This document shows positions 1 through 10,434 of a stretch of DNA of 64,000 nucleotides, one piece after another (the first letter of the stretch is position 1; each line of letters begins with the position of its first letter). Origin of the DNA: Vicinamibacterales bacterium (GTDB taxonomy: Bacteria; Acidobacteriota; Vicinamibacteria; Vicinamibacterales; JAMQPK01); assembly GCA_963730445.1 (NCBI GenBank), contig CAVSRX010000020.1:13536-77535 (forward strand). The letters run 5' to 3'. The translations under genes and the position numbers were made by a program. A model generated the notes under the pieces. That model searched no databases. It was given only the letters and a program-made list of their open reading frames with translations, and was not told the origin of the DNA.

Positions 1-530
1 TCGCGGGGAGCACGTGGCGGCGTCGCGCTGGTTACGCGGCGATTGCGTTCGGTACCTGGGACATCTTTTATTACGTCTTCCTTCGCCTCATGTCGGGTTG
101 GCCGAGAACGCCGATGGACTGGGACATCCTGTTCCTGCTGCCGCTTCCATGGTGGGGCCCTGTGCTCGCGCCGGTCAGCATCGCGCTCCTGATGATCCTG
201 TGGGGCACGCTCGCGACGCAGTCACGTGAGGATGCGACGGATGCCCGCTGGGCGTGGGCGCTTGGCTCGGCCGGTATCGCGCTGGCGCTCGCCGTCTTCA
301 TGAGCGACGCGTGGCGGGCGCTGCCGCATGGCCGTGACGCGGTGCTGCAGGTGCTGCCAACGACGTTCAACTGGCCGCTGTTCGGCGCGGCGCTCCTGCT
401 GATGGCCGCGCCGTTAACCGTCGGCCTTCGCCTCTCGGCGATCTATTTCTTCCGCGTCGCTTTGATGAGCGCGTCCATGTGGTCGAGATACTTCTCGAAC
501 GCGCGCCGACCGGCCGCACTTAGCCGGTAG
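1..530 (+). CDS. hypothetical integral membrane protein (5' end outside window)
   Basis: Frame 3 is open from base 3 (AIAFGTWDIFYYVFLRLMSGWPRTPMDWDILFLLPLPWWGPVLAPVSIALLMILWG...). Several hydrophobic helices. The last ~85 nt overlap the convergent regulator and may be run-on. Confidence 0.4.
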   Translation, partial: AGSTWRRRAGYAAIAFGTWDIFYYVFLRLMSGWPRTPMDWDILFLLPLPWWGPVLAPVSIALLMILWGTLATQSREDATDARWAWALGSAGIALALAVFMSDAWRALPHGRDAVLQVLPTTFNWPLFGAALLLMAAPLTVGLRLSAIYFFRVALMSASMWSRYFSNARRPAALSR

Positions 531-802
531 TCCGTCCGCGGAGTGCGGCCGGCAAACGTCTTGTCGCACAGCACGTAGCCCGCATCCTCGAGCTTGCGCG
601 CGTGCACGCTCAGATTCCCGTCTGTCGTGCCCGTGATGGTTTTCAGATCGGTGAACGACAGCGTCTCGCTACCCGCGAGCGCCGACAGGATTGCGAGCCG
701 TGTCCGATCGTGGACGATCCGATCGAGGCGCTCCGGCCGCGGCTGCGGCGCCTGCCGCTCGCGCCGGACATACGCCGATTCCTTCGCAGCTCTGGCCTTC
801 AT
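443..802 (-). CDS. winged-helix transcriptional regulator (ArsR/MarR-like, HTH_34-type)
   Basis: Starts at an internal ATG (800-802) of ORF 443..1228. Contains LDRIVHDRTRLAILSALAGSETLSFTDLKTITGTTDGNLSVHARKLEDAGYV. The upstream part of the long ORF is Arg-rich shadow sequence. Confidence 0.7.
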   Translation of the reverse strand: MKARAAKESAYVRRERQAPQPRPERLDRIVHDRTRLAILSALAGSETLSFTDLKTITGTTDGNLSVHARKLEDAGYVLCDKTFAGRTPRTDYRLSAAGRRAFEKYLDHMDALIKATRKK

Positions 803-816
803 AGCACTTCCCACAC

Positions 817-1422
817 TTAACCCCCATGCCTCTTCGCGATGTACAGACCGCACACGATGTGCAGCACGCCGAAACCCACTCCGAGCCAGACATTGCCCCA
901 CGCAGGAGGCGCGACGAGCGCTGCAACGCCCAGCGCCATGAACGCCACGCCGAGCAATCGGACCGCTGCGACACTGAACGCGCCGCCGCCCAGCACGCCG
1001 GTGCCGTAAAGCAGCAGCCACACGGCAGGCATCAAGGCCTGGTCGCCGTTCATCCACACGCCCCAGGTCAGCGCCGCCCCGGCGACGAGCGGCGCGGCCA
1101 GGCTCATCGCGAAGCGGCGTCCGACGGGGCCGGCCAGCGGCGCGCCGAGACGGGCGGCCTTGCGCCACACAGCGATGACGCCGATGCCCAAGGCGACGGC
1201 CGCCGCCAGCAGCCAGACGATAAGCCATCGTTCGACGGAGGGCTGGTTGGCCGCGAGAATGGCAGCGGCGAGGCCGATGACCCCCATGCCGGCGCCGCCC
1301 AGCCCGGGCACGGCCGTGAATGTCGAGCTGCGCTCCATCGTCCTGCGAATGAACCGCAGGTTTTCTTCGGCATGCTGGCCCACAGAGGGCACAGCCGCCG
1401 GCTCGCCGGCTCGACGCGACAT
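817..1422 (-). CDS. hypothetical polytopic membrane protein
   Basis: 201 aa with 5-6 hydrophobic helices. Ends 14 nt upstream of the wHTH gene, so probably co-transcribed. No family recognised. Confidence 0.6.
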   Translation of the reverse strand: MSRRAGEPAAVPSVGQHAEENLRFIRRTMERSSTFTAVPGLGGAGMGVIGLAAAILAANQPSVERWLIVWLLAAAVALGIGVIAVWRKAARLGAPLAGPVGRRFAMSLAAPLVAGAALTWGVWMNGDQALMPAVWLLLYGTGVLGGGAFSVAAVRLLGVAFMALGVAALVAPPAWGNVWLGVGFGVLHIVCGLYIAKRHGG

Positions 1423-1477
1423 CTAGACGACGGTAGCGCGCATCCGAATTATTGTCAAAGAACTTCGCACCACAAAG

Positions 1478-2926
1478 CTACTTCACGGACGCAAACAGGC
1501 TGTCGAGATTGAAGGACACGCCGATCTGGCCGCGGACTTCCGATTCCTTGATCAACTCGGTCCGGTTCGACACCGTCAACGAGAGTGGAATGCGCATGGA
1601 GTTGTTCGCGGTCGGGAACTCCAGCTTGGCTTGAAAGACGCCGATGTGCCCGCGCGTCTTGATGTCGGCGCCGTTGAACGTGATCCCAAGACCGAGCGGT
1701 TCCTGATTGAGAAGGGTGTAGAGTCCGGCAAAGGCGAGGATGGGGCGTCCGTACCCCGCGAGGCTCCGCAGCTTGAACTTCCCTTCGAGACCGACTCGAA
1801 CGTCACGGAAATGGTTCGGCATCCCCTGCCGTTTTTCGTGAAACAGCGACACCGAGACGTTCGACGTCACGTCGAGATCAGGCAGGACTGCTTTGGCGAA
1901 CACCACGCGCGCCGTGTGTAGAGCAGGTGGGCGGACTCCTTTCGGGACGATGCCTCCGGCGAGAGCCGTCGTGGTCAAATCCGGCTGCTGGAGGCTGAAA
2001 TCCAGCGTCACGACCGCGGCGCCGGCGATCCGGTCCAGGAGCTGATCGTAGGCTTCCAATGTTTCGCGCCACAGCGTCCGTGCCTGCGCCGCGTCCGCGG
2101 CCGACAGCGGCGTCTCGGCGACGACCTTGCGGACGACTTCCTCCACCATCTTCTTTCGGACTTCGCCTGTGCTGCCGGTCCATGGCGCGGATGTCACCAG
2201 CGTGTTCAGTTCCTTCTCAACCCTCGTGGTTGCGCCGTCGAGCGCCTTGCTCAGTTCCTGCTGCCCTTTCATGAGCGCGTCCGCCCTCTTGAAGAAGGAC
2301 TCTGCCACGTTATTGACGCGGGCGAACGTCACGTCGCGCCGGTTGAGGATCTCGTAGCGAACGGCGAGCGCGGAGAACTGACTGCCCAGCGTCTCCAGAT
2401 TTGCCAGTTCCGCCTTCTTCTCGCCGCGCGCCGAATCGAAAGAAGCGGTCACTCCTAAACGATTCCACAACGTCCGGCACGCCTCGCGGTCACGAAGCGC
2501 GACGGCGCCGGTGGCGCCTGCCTTCGAGGCGCACACCAACCCGGCGGGGTTGGCCATGAGCGTGATCGTGGTGCCCGAGACCGTTCGTGTGATCGCGCCA
2601 CTTTCCAGGGACATCCCGAAGATCGCCGGCAGCAACGGACCGATCACTGCCGATGTCGTGCCCGATGAACCGCTCGTCGCGCCGGTCTGAAGGTCGCCCC
2701 GTGAGAAGGCCAGCAGCCTGGCAATCTCCTGATGCTTGTCGTTCGGATCGGGAACGAGCAGCACCTCTTTCCAGAGGTTGTCCCTGATCTCGACGACCAG
2801 GTCGGCCACGTTTTCGGTCGGATCGGCGAAGCGCTGCGTCTCTTTCTTCAGCGCGACGAGCCCCTGCGCAGAAAGCCCGGACGCGGGGATAACGATCAGC
2901 AGCAGTCCGAGGCAGATGCGGATCAT
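1478..2926 (-). CDS. hypothetical secreted/outer-membrane-like protein
   Basis: 482 aa. Signal peptide MIRICLGLLLIVIPASGLSAQG, helical middle, beta-rich C-terminus (GVFQAKLEFPTANNSMRIPLSLTVSNRTEL). No family recognised. Confidence 0.6.
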   Translation of the reverse strand: MIRICLGLLLIVIPASGLSAQGLVALKKETQRFADPTENVADLVVEIRDNLWKEVLLVPDPNDKHQEIARLLAFSRGDLQTGATSGSSGTTSAVIGPLLPAIFGMSLESGAITRTVSGTTITLMANPAGLVCASKAGATGAVALRDREACRTLWNRLGVTASFDSARGEKKAELANLETLGSQFSALAVRYEILNRRDVTFARVNNVAESFFKRADALMKGQQELSKALDGATTRVEKELNTLVTSAPWTGSTGEVRKKMVEEVVRKVVAETPLSAADAAQARTLWRETLEAYDQLLDRIAGAAVVTLDFSLQQPDLTTTALAGGIVPKGVRPPALHTARVVFAKAVLPDLDVTSNVSVSLFHEKRQGMPNHFRDVRVGLEGKFKLRSLAGYGRPILAFAGLYTLLNQEPLGLGITFNGADIKTRGHIGVFQAKLEFPTANNSMRIPLSLTVSNRTELIKESEVRGQIGVSFNLDSLFASVK

Positions 2927-2935
2927 GCTGGTCCC

Positions 2936-3336
2936 TTAGATTGAAAATTTGAGGACGGCGGTGCCGGGGTTGAACGTGGGTCTCCGGATCGACGTCGCGG
3001 CCTGTTCTCCGAGCGAAGTCGCAATGGTGATCTCGAACCGCGCGTTGTCCTTCTCTGCGGTGGCGAAGAACCCGAGCAGCGTCTGGACCATCTCGACGGT
3101 CCCGGCATTTGCGGGGCGCCGATGTCGTAGGTGATCACCCCTTGCGCGTCGGTGAGGTCCGCGTCGCGCTCGTCGATCTGGCTCCCTTTTATCTCCCGGA
3201 TATGGCCGACGACGACCATGGTCGCGCGGTTGCCCGCGGTGTTCTTCGGCGCGATTGTGATTGAGAGAGGGAACTCGCTTCGTTTGACCTTGTACGTACG
3301 TCCTGCCACGGTTTCCATGTCGCCTCCTGTTCCCAT
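2936..3336 (-). CDS. small hypothetical protein, one apparent frameshift
   Basis: Frame A reads METVAGRTYKVKRSEFPLSITIAPK...GVITYDIGAP and then turns R/S/P-rich. Frame B from ~3115 reads ANAGTVEMVQTLLGFFATAEKDNARFEITIATSLGEQAATSIRRPTFNPGTAVLKFSI* (TAA 2936-2938). The shift lies in the GGGGCGCC run at ~3113-3120. Confidence 0.55.
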
Positions 3337-3382
3337 GTAAACGTGTGAACCGGCGACATGCGAACAGGAGTGAAGGAAGGGC

Positions 3383-4570
3383 CTAGTTTTTCATCATTTC
3401 GAGCGCGCCGAGGACGACCCGCCGCACGACGTGAGGCGGCGCATTGTTCATCGCCTCCGCGACGAAAATGTGCCGTGCCCTCAGGAAGGTAATCGCCTCG
3501 CCCAGCCCTGCATCGTCGGCCACGACGCGCGCAATCAAAGCGTCAATCTCGTCGCGGGGCTCTGCAGAAAGACGCGTGTCCGCAGCACGCGGCGCCGACG
3601 GAGGCGATGCGAGCCACGCCTCGACCTCCACCGCAAACCGCTCGCGTTCGCCGTTGACGCTCAGCTCGACGATCGGCTCTTGCTCGCCGGTGCGAAGCAA
3701 GGTTTTTCGAAGCGTCGCATCGAGCGACGTCAGGTAGGACCGGCGGCTCCCGTCCGGCAGCCGCCGATGCAACATCAGGTGCACGGCGTCATCGTGCACG
3801 GCGACCTGCATGGTGCGAACATCGGTCCACTCCCCGTTCAGGTTGATGTTGCACTCGGCGTCGACGAAGAGCACGTGACTGCGATGCGTGATGCCGAACG
3901 CGTTTCCCATGGCGCCGGTCTGGTACATCGGGATAGCGTTTGCCGTCGACGAGCGCGCGGACCGCGGCCGAGAGGGCTCCCCGTCTGGAATCTGAACGGC
4001 GCGAGGTGCGGGCCGTACCTGCGTGAGGCTCCACTGAGCCACGCCCGCTTCGGCGATAAACGCGTCCCGCATCGCGCGGAACTCCGGCGATGATTCGATA
4101 GCCTCGGCAAAGAAGTCCGCGTCGGACACGAACCCGTAGCTGTTGCGCGCGTCCGTGGGAAACAGCTGGCAATCCTCGCGATCCCAGTCGAGCGCATCCA
4201 TGACGTCTGCAATTACGTTGAACGACGTAATGCACCGTTCTTCGCCGGGCCAGATAGGCCGGCCGCGGCGATCGATGAACTCGTAGGCGTAGGCCAGATG
4301 CGCGACAGCCGCTGCCTCGGCACAGGTGAGCGGACGAGCATACATGCGCTTCATCACGTCGACGATCGTGTCGTCGCTGCCGATGGCGTCGCGCTCTTCC
4401 CACGAAGCAGGGTCGATCAGGAACTCGCGCTCGGCCCACGACTTCGCAGCGTCGCGCGAATCGAACGAGTCCGGATACTCCTGGTGCGGCGTGTTCCAGT
4501 CCCAGATCTTCACGTACCACTTGTCACGATCCCACTCGATGAGGCTGTCGCCGTATGTGCCGACGACCAC
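3383..4570 (-). CDS. hypothetical cytoplasmic protein (~395 aa)
   Basis: This is the protein-like part of ORF 3383..5044 (GTYGDSLIEWDRDKWYVKIWDWNTPHQEYPDSF...VVLGALEMMKN*). The upstream part overlaps the DUF892 gene and a repeat. The start is set at GTG 4568-4570 and is uncertain. No family recognised. Confidence 0.5.
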   Translation of the reverse strand: MVVGTYGDSLIEWDRDKWYVKIWDWNTPHQEYPDSFDSRDAAKSWAEREFLIDPASWEERDAIGSDDTIVDVMKRMYARPLTCAEAAAVAHLAYAYEFIDRRGRPIWPGEERCITSFNVIADVMDALDWDREDCQLFPTDARNSYGFVSDADFFAEAIESSPEFRAMRDAFIAEAGVAQWSLTQVRPAPRAVQIPDGEPSRPRSARSSTANAIPMYQTGAMGNAFGITHRSHVLFVDAECNINLNGEWTDVRTMQVAVHDDAVHLMLHRRLPDGSRRSYLTSLDATLRKTLLRTGEQEPIVELSVNGERERFAVEVEAWLASPPSAPRAADTRLSAEPRDEIDALIARVVADDAGLGEAITFLRARHIFVAEAMNNAPPHVVRRVVLGALEMMKN

Positions 4571-4642
4571 GAGCAGGCCCGGATGTTCCGCGAACGTCGC
4601 TTGGAGGGTTTGCTGATGAATGCGTCCGATTATACGTGCGTC

Positions 4643-4696
4643 GGTGCGGTGGGTTCGCCCCACCGCACCCACGCACCCAACGCACCCTATCGCCCC
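4643..4696. repeat. hairpin plus CGCACCC-type short tandem array
   Basis: ggtgcggtggg-ttcg-ccccaccgcacc stem-loop, followed by cgcaccc a cgcaccc aa cgcaccc tat cgcccc. Lies directly after the DUF892 stop codon. Confidence 0.6.
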
Positions 4697-4698
4697 AG

Positions 4699-5262
4699 TT
4701 ACCGTTTCTTGCCGCGCGACGATTTCCGGCGGCTGCCCACCATCGCCATCCTGCGCTCTTCTTCTTCTTCGCCTTCGGCCTCCGCGTCGAAATTGATCTG
4801 GCCGGCGACCTGCGTCAGCTTGTCGTCGGCTTCCTTCTCTTCGTCGAGCGTCTGCCCGAGCAGATCTTTCGCGTCCTGGTGTCCCATGATCTCGGCAAAC
4901 GTTGCGAGCGTACCGTAGCTGGCGATCTCGTAGTGCTCGACTTTCTGCGCCGACGCAATCAGCGCGGCGTCGAGCGTCGCGCCTTTGTCGAGCTCTTCCA
5001 TCATTTCCTGGCCTTCTTTGATGAGGCCCTTCATCCCCTCGCACGGTTTGCCGCGCGCCGCGATGCCGAGCGACTTGAACACTTCTTCGAGCCGGTTCAC
5101 CTGCATGCGCGTAATCTCGAGGTGCTCCTCGAACGCCGCGCGCAGGTCGGGGCTGTCGGCGGCCTTCGCCATCTTGGGCAGCGCTTTCGTGAGCTGCTTT
5201 TCAGCATCGTAGATGTCCTTCAGTTCGTCGACGAACAGTTCGTGAAGATTTTCAGCGGCCAT
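4699..5262 (-). CDS. DUF892 ferritin-like protein (YciE/YciF family)
   Basis: MAAENLHELFVDELKDIYDAEKQLTKALPKMAKAA...HLEITRMQVNRLEEVF...VEHYEIASYGTLATFA is a typical YciE/YciF signature. Starts at an internal ATG (5260-5262) of ORF 4699..5376. Confidence 0.85.
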   Translation of the reverse strand: MAAENLHELFVDELKDIYDAEKQLTKALPKMAKAADSPDLRAAFEEHLEITRMQVNRLEEVFKSLGIAARGKPCEGMKGLIKEGQEMMEELDKGATLDAALIASAQKVEHYEIASYGTLATFAEIMGHQDAKDLLGQTLDEEKEADDKLTQVAGQINFDAEAEGEEEEERRMAMVGSRRKSSRGKKR

Positions 5263-5347
5263 TGCTTGATTCCTTTCGAAAAGCGCGCATCGCGCGCGCG
5301 ATATGTCTGGGCATCGGCCGCACACATCACGTAGCAGTACGCCATCA

Positions 5348-5403
5348 CTAGCTACGTAGCTGGTAGCTGGTAGCAAAGCTTTGCTACAGGCTACGCTACA
5401 GCG
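5348..5403. repeat. inverted GCTGGTA-type heptamer arrays (imperfect hairpin)
   Basis: tagctacgtagctggtagctggtagca-aagcttt-gctacaggctacgctacagc. Confidence 0.6.
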
Positions 5404-5404
5404 C

Positions 5405-6357
5405 TTAGATGCGTCCGTTCGATCGTTTCAGGATGTCGCGGTAGAGTTGCGCGCGATTGGCCATCAGTTGCGCGCGGTACTTGCGGAGCGTGTGCGTCTT
5501 CTGAATCAACGCCGGCGATTTCCTCATCGAGCGCGAGGATGCACGCGTGGCCGTTCTGGTGCGGAACGTGCGTGGACGAGCCGCACAGCGTGCACGCGCC
5601 GGCAGCCCGGCCGCATACGCAGCACTCGTGGCCGTCGGCCGCGGCACGGCGGTCGTCGAGTTTCTCGGCAGCAGCGTCGGGCGCGTACGCCCGCTTCATC
5701 GCCTCGTAGCAGCCGCACGTCAGCCGGCGAAGCCCGATGGCGTCGAGGATGGTGATCGACTGGCCGTCGTGGGTCACGAGCCCTTGCTCTTCGAGCGACG
5801 CCAGAATGGCGGCGACCTCGGAATTCCTGACGCCCATCGCGCGGGCGAGAAACCGCGCCTTCAACTCGAATCGGCCGCGCCCGATGCCGGTCGTGCACGC
5901 TCAGCAGCCAGCGGCAGCACCGTTGGTCCGTGGTGTGCAGGCGATTGCAGGCCACGGCCTGGATGACCGTCTCGAGAAACGAATGGCAGAACCTGTCGAC
6001 GACCTCGCGAAAGTGGCCGTTGCGCGCGAGCTCGCGCTCGAAGAACACCGCGGGCATGTACTCGACGGTGCCGTCAGCGACCTGCACGAACCCGTTGCGC
6101 TCGGCAGGCGATTCGCCGGCGAGCGCGTTGAGCCCGACGATGCCTTCGCTGCCGATGCAGGCGACCTCGATGCCGCTGCCGTCGGCCATTTTGTTGATGA
6201 TCGAACAGAGACCGGTGCCGGGAAAATAGACGCGCGTTTGCCCGCAGTGGGGCAGACCCGTTTCTGCCGGCAGATGCAGCGTGCGCAGCAGCGGCCGCAA
6301 GCGCTGATATTCGCGGCGCGGCAGCGCGGCCAGCAGCTTATTGGCCGACTGCGGCAT
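5405..6357 (-). CDS. Crp/Fnr-family regulator with Cys-rich C-terminal extension, apparent frameshifts
   Basis: cNMP-binding part MPQSANKLLAALPRREYQRL...ACNRLHTTDQRCCRWLLSVHDR (ORF 5524..7077). HTH part FELKARFLARAMGVRNSEVAAILASLEEQGLV (ORF 5391..5864). Probable tail ALIQKTHTLRKYRAQLMANRAQLYRDILKRSNGRI* (ORF 5405..5647). Shifts at ~5885 and ~5505. Confidence 0.7.
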
Positions 6358-7077
6358 CGTGACGTTCCGGCTGTCCAAGCAGACGGTCGGACACCATCCG
6401 AATGTTCCGGTAGCACTCACACGTCGCTGCTTCGAGCACCTTTGCGGTCGACGATGCGAACGTGCCCGCGCACGTGAGAGACGATGCCGGCGCGCGCGAG
6501 ATCGGCCATCACCAGGGTAACCGTCGGCCGCCGCACGCCAAGCATGATGGCGAGAAACTCGTGCGTGAGCGGAAACTCGTCCTGCGCGATACGGTCGTGG
6601 GTCATCAGGAGCCATCGGCAGCAGCGCTGCTCTGCCGAGTGCAAGCCCGTTGCACGCGACCGACTGCATCAGCATGTTCACGAATGCCTGCGAGTATCTC
6701 GTGACGCGATCGTGAAAGGCGCCGCGCCGATCCATCTCGCGGCGAAACGCGTCGATGCTCATGACCGCGGCAGGCTCCGCCGCGATCTGCACAAACGCTT
6801 CGCCCGACGCCACCGGCGCGCCGAACACCGCCGCGATGCCGATGAGCCCCTCGCGGCCGACCGTGGCCACTTCGACGACGCTGCCGTCCTCCATCACGTT
6901 GGTAATGGAACACACGCTGCGTCCTGGAAAGTAAATTTCTGAGACGGGCTCGCCGTGTTTATGAAGCACTTGGCGTACTTTTAATGGACGCCATGTCAGC
7001 TCTGAAGACACTCGCTGATAGTCGTCAGCCGGCAGCGATGCAAGCAACTGATTCAGCGACCATTGCTGGAGCGTCAC
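6338..7077 (-). CDS. Crp/Fnr-family regulator, two apparent frameshifts
   Basis: MTLQQWSLNQLLASLPADDYQRV...SVACNG | LHSAEQRCCRWLLMTHDRIAQDEFPLTHEFLAIMLGVRRPTVTLVMADLARAGIV...DRKG | LEAATCECYRNIRMVSDRLLGQPERHDAAVGQ* (TAA 6338-6340). Shifts at ~6645 and ~6430. Confidence 0.75.
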
Positions 7078-7292
7078 CGTAACGGGTTGAACCGACTTGA
7101 TAGCTGCATCTCCCCCTTGGAAAACTGACCCTCAATACATTTGCCGTGGCCCGGAGTTTGGTTGTAGTGTCAATGCATCGACCGTGCCTGATGAACTCAC
7201 GTCGCTGCCTAGCCGATTATCACCTATTGATCCGCATGACCTGGCACACGGCCTCACATCGCTTCCGAGGCCGCGATGCGCTCAAGATCCCG

Positions 7293-9850
7293 ATGAAGCC
7301 ACGCAGCCACGTGCGGCCGAGCGTCGCCTGCTGCGGCGCAAGAAGACCGCGCGCCGCAGACTTCGCGCATCGTCGGGGTTGGCGCGTCGGCAGGCGGCTT
7401 CGAGGCATTTACACAGCTTCTCGAGGGGCTGCCCGCGATTCCGAACCTCGCGATTATTTTCGTCCAGCACCTCGCGCCGCATCATTCGAGCTCGCTCGCG
7501 TCGCTGCTCTCCAGCCATACGCCCCTTCCCGTGGTCGAAGCGACCGAAGGCGCGCGCATCGTGCCCAATCGCGTCTACGTGGTACCTCCCAACGCGCAGA
7601 TGGAGCTGGTAGACGGCCATCTCCACCTCGGGCGGCGCCCCCAGGATCGCAGCCAGTACAACCCCATCGATTTCTTCTTTCGGTCGCTCGCGCGCTCGCT
7701 GCGCGGGCATGCGATCGGCGTCGTGCTCTCGGGCACCGCGTCGGACGGCGCCCTCGGGTATTCGCGAAATCAAGTCGATGGAAGGGATCACGTTCGCGCA
7801 GGATCCGGCGACGGCCAAATACGACGGCATGCCGCGCGCCGCCATCGCGACGCAAATGGTCGACGTCGTCGCGTCGCCGGCCGAGATCGCGGCAAAGGTG
7901 GCGCTGCTCTCGAAACACCCGTATCTCGCGCCGGCGGTCGAACCAGACCACGGACCGCGCGATCGCCGACGAGCAGCTTCATCGCATCTTCCGGCTTCTG
8001 CTGCCGGCGTGCGGCGTCAATTTCTCACATTACAAGACGCCCACGATCATCCGCCGGCTGTTCCGGCGCATGGCTCTGCTCCGCATCGATCGAGGTCGAT
8101 GCGTATATCGCGCATCTGGAGCAGACGCCGCTGGAGGTGGTCAACCTTCACAACGACCTGCTCATCCACGTCACCAGGTTTTTCCGCGAGCCCGAGTCGT
8201 TCGAGATCATCGCGCGGGATGTCCTGCCGTCGCTCGACGTGCAGTCGAGCACGCCTCTCCGCATGTGGGTGGCCGGATGCGCCACCGGCGAAGAGGTCTA
8301 TTCGCTCGCGATCGTCGTTCGCGAGGCGCTCGGCGACACCATCGACGACGGCCGCGTGCAGATTTTTGGAACCGACGTCAGTGAAACCGCCATCGGCTTT
8401 GCGCGCCAGGGGTTGTACGCCGGGTCGATTGTCGAGGACGTGTCTCCGGAGCGGCTGCGGCGATTTTTCGTGAAGACCGACGGCGAGCTACCAGGTGAGT
8501 AAGACCGTCCGCGACATGTGCGTGTTCGCGCGGCAGGACCTGACGCGCGACCCGCCGTTCTCGCACCTCGATTTGGTATGCTGTCGCAACGTGCTGATTT
8601 ACATGGACAGCGCGCTTCAACGGAAGCTGCTGTCCATGTTTCACTACGCGCTGAAACCGGAGGGGTTTCTGGTGCTGGGGCACGCCGAGAGCATCGGATA
8701 CCACTCAGATCTGTTCGCATTGATGAACAAGAAGAACAAGGTCTATCGCAAGAAACCTGCGGCGGCGACGGCGCCGCACATGGATATCTTTCGTCCGCCG
8801 TTCAGGACCGACGCCAACCGCGTCGCCGGCGCTCGCCGCGGCCCAACGAGACCAAGCTCGTGCTGAACGACGCGACGCGCATCCTCATGGAGCGGTACGC
8901 GCCGCCGAGCGTGCTGCTCGATCAGCAGTTTCACGTCGTGCAGTTCAACGGCCAGACCGGCCTGTACCTGGAGCCGTCGCCCGGCGAGCCGAGCTTCGAC
9001 ATCCTGAAGCTCGCGCGCGAAGGGCTGGCGCATGGCCTGCGCACGCGCGCTTCAGACAGCGCGCAAGACGCGGAAGACCGTGAAGCAGCCGGGGCTGCGC
9101 ATCCGGCAGGGCGCGGCGTCGCAGGACATCGACATCGAAGTGATTCCGGTCGTCCGGCAGGGACATCCGTACTATCTGGTGCTGTTCCAGACGCCCACTG
9201 CATCCGGCAACGCGAAAGGCCGCAAGCCGGCTCGACGCGAGAAGAAGGCGGCGCCCCGCAGCCGCATCAGCAAGCTCGAGGAAGAGCTCGCGGCGACGCG
9301 CGAGTATCTGCAGTCGACGATTCAGGAGATCGAGGCGGCCAACGAGGAGCTGCAATCGGCGAACGAGGAGATTCTCTCGAGCAACGAAGAGCTGCAGAGC
9401 ACCAACGAAGAGCTCGACACCGCGAAGGAAGAGCTGCAGTCGACCAACGAAGAGCTCAACACGGTGAACGACGAGCTGCACGCGCGCAACGAAGAGCTGA
9501 CGCACGTGAACGCCGATCTGCTCAACCTGCTCGCCAGCGTGCAGATTGCCATCGTCATCGTGGCGCGCGACCTGCGCGTGCGGCGCTTCACGCCGATGGC
9601 CGAGAAGAAGTTCAACCTCATCCCGAGCGACATCGGCAGGCCCTTGTCGCAGATCAGCACGACACTGCAGTGCCCGGAGCTGCCGACGCTGATCACAGAA
9701 ACGATCGACACCGTCTCTCCGGTGGAGCGCACGGTGCAGGACAACAAGGGAGAAACGTACCTGCTGCGCATCCGGCCGTACAAAACGCCGGACAACCGCA
9801 TCGACGGCGCCGTCATCGCGCTCTTCGATCTGGATCCCGCAAAAAAATAA
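7293..9850 (+). CDS. CheB/CheR fusion protein (methylesterase + methyltransferase + PAS + coiled coil), multiple apparent frameshifts
   Basis: Pieces lie in all three frames: IVGVGASAGGFEAFTQLLEGLP...VLSGTASDGALG / IREIKSMEGITFAQDPATAKYDGMPRAAI / DEQLHRIFRLLLPACGVNFSHYKTPTIIRRL / RMWVAGCATGEEVYSLAIVV / CRNVLIYMDSALQRKLL / PAS / EELQSANEEILSSNEELQSTNEEL. Shifts near 7366, 7755, 7945, 8090, 8485, ~8830, ~9040. The start is uncertain. Confidence 0.85.
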
Positions 9851-9879
9851 AGGCGGGTCTTGAAGTCGCAAGACCCGCC
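9851..9879. terminator. bidirectional stem-loop terminator between convergent genes
   Basis: GGCGGGTCTTG-aagtcg-CAAGACCCGCC. Flanked by an A-run on the + strand, which is a T-run on the - strand. Confidence 0.6.
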
Positions 9880-9884
9880 ACTGA

Positions 9885-10376
<492 letters not shown>

Positions 10377-10434
10377 AACGGCCTCCTGAAAATGGGCGAT
10401 GTTCGCCGGGGGCTAGTGGTTTAGTCTAGTGCAC

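Noticed and set aside
5524-7077. Single 517-aa ORF
   Set aside because: It is a read-through of two separate Crp/Fnr genes joined by out-of-frame Arg-rich text. Each gene's HTH half is found in a different frame.
7078-7292. CRP/FNR operator in the divergent spacer
   Set aside because: Only half-site-like fragments occur (TTGAT..., TGA-N5-TCA). There is no convincing TGTGA-N6-TCACA or TTGAT-N4-ATCAA palindrome.
9300-9480. EELQSxNEEL repeats as a novel repeat
   Set aside because: This heptad-like coiled coil is a standard feature of CheB/CheR-PAS fusion proteins.
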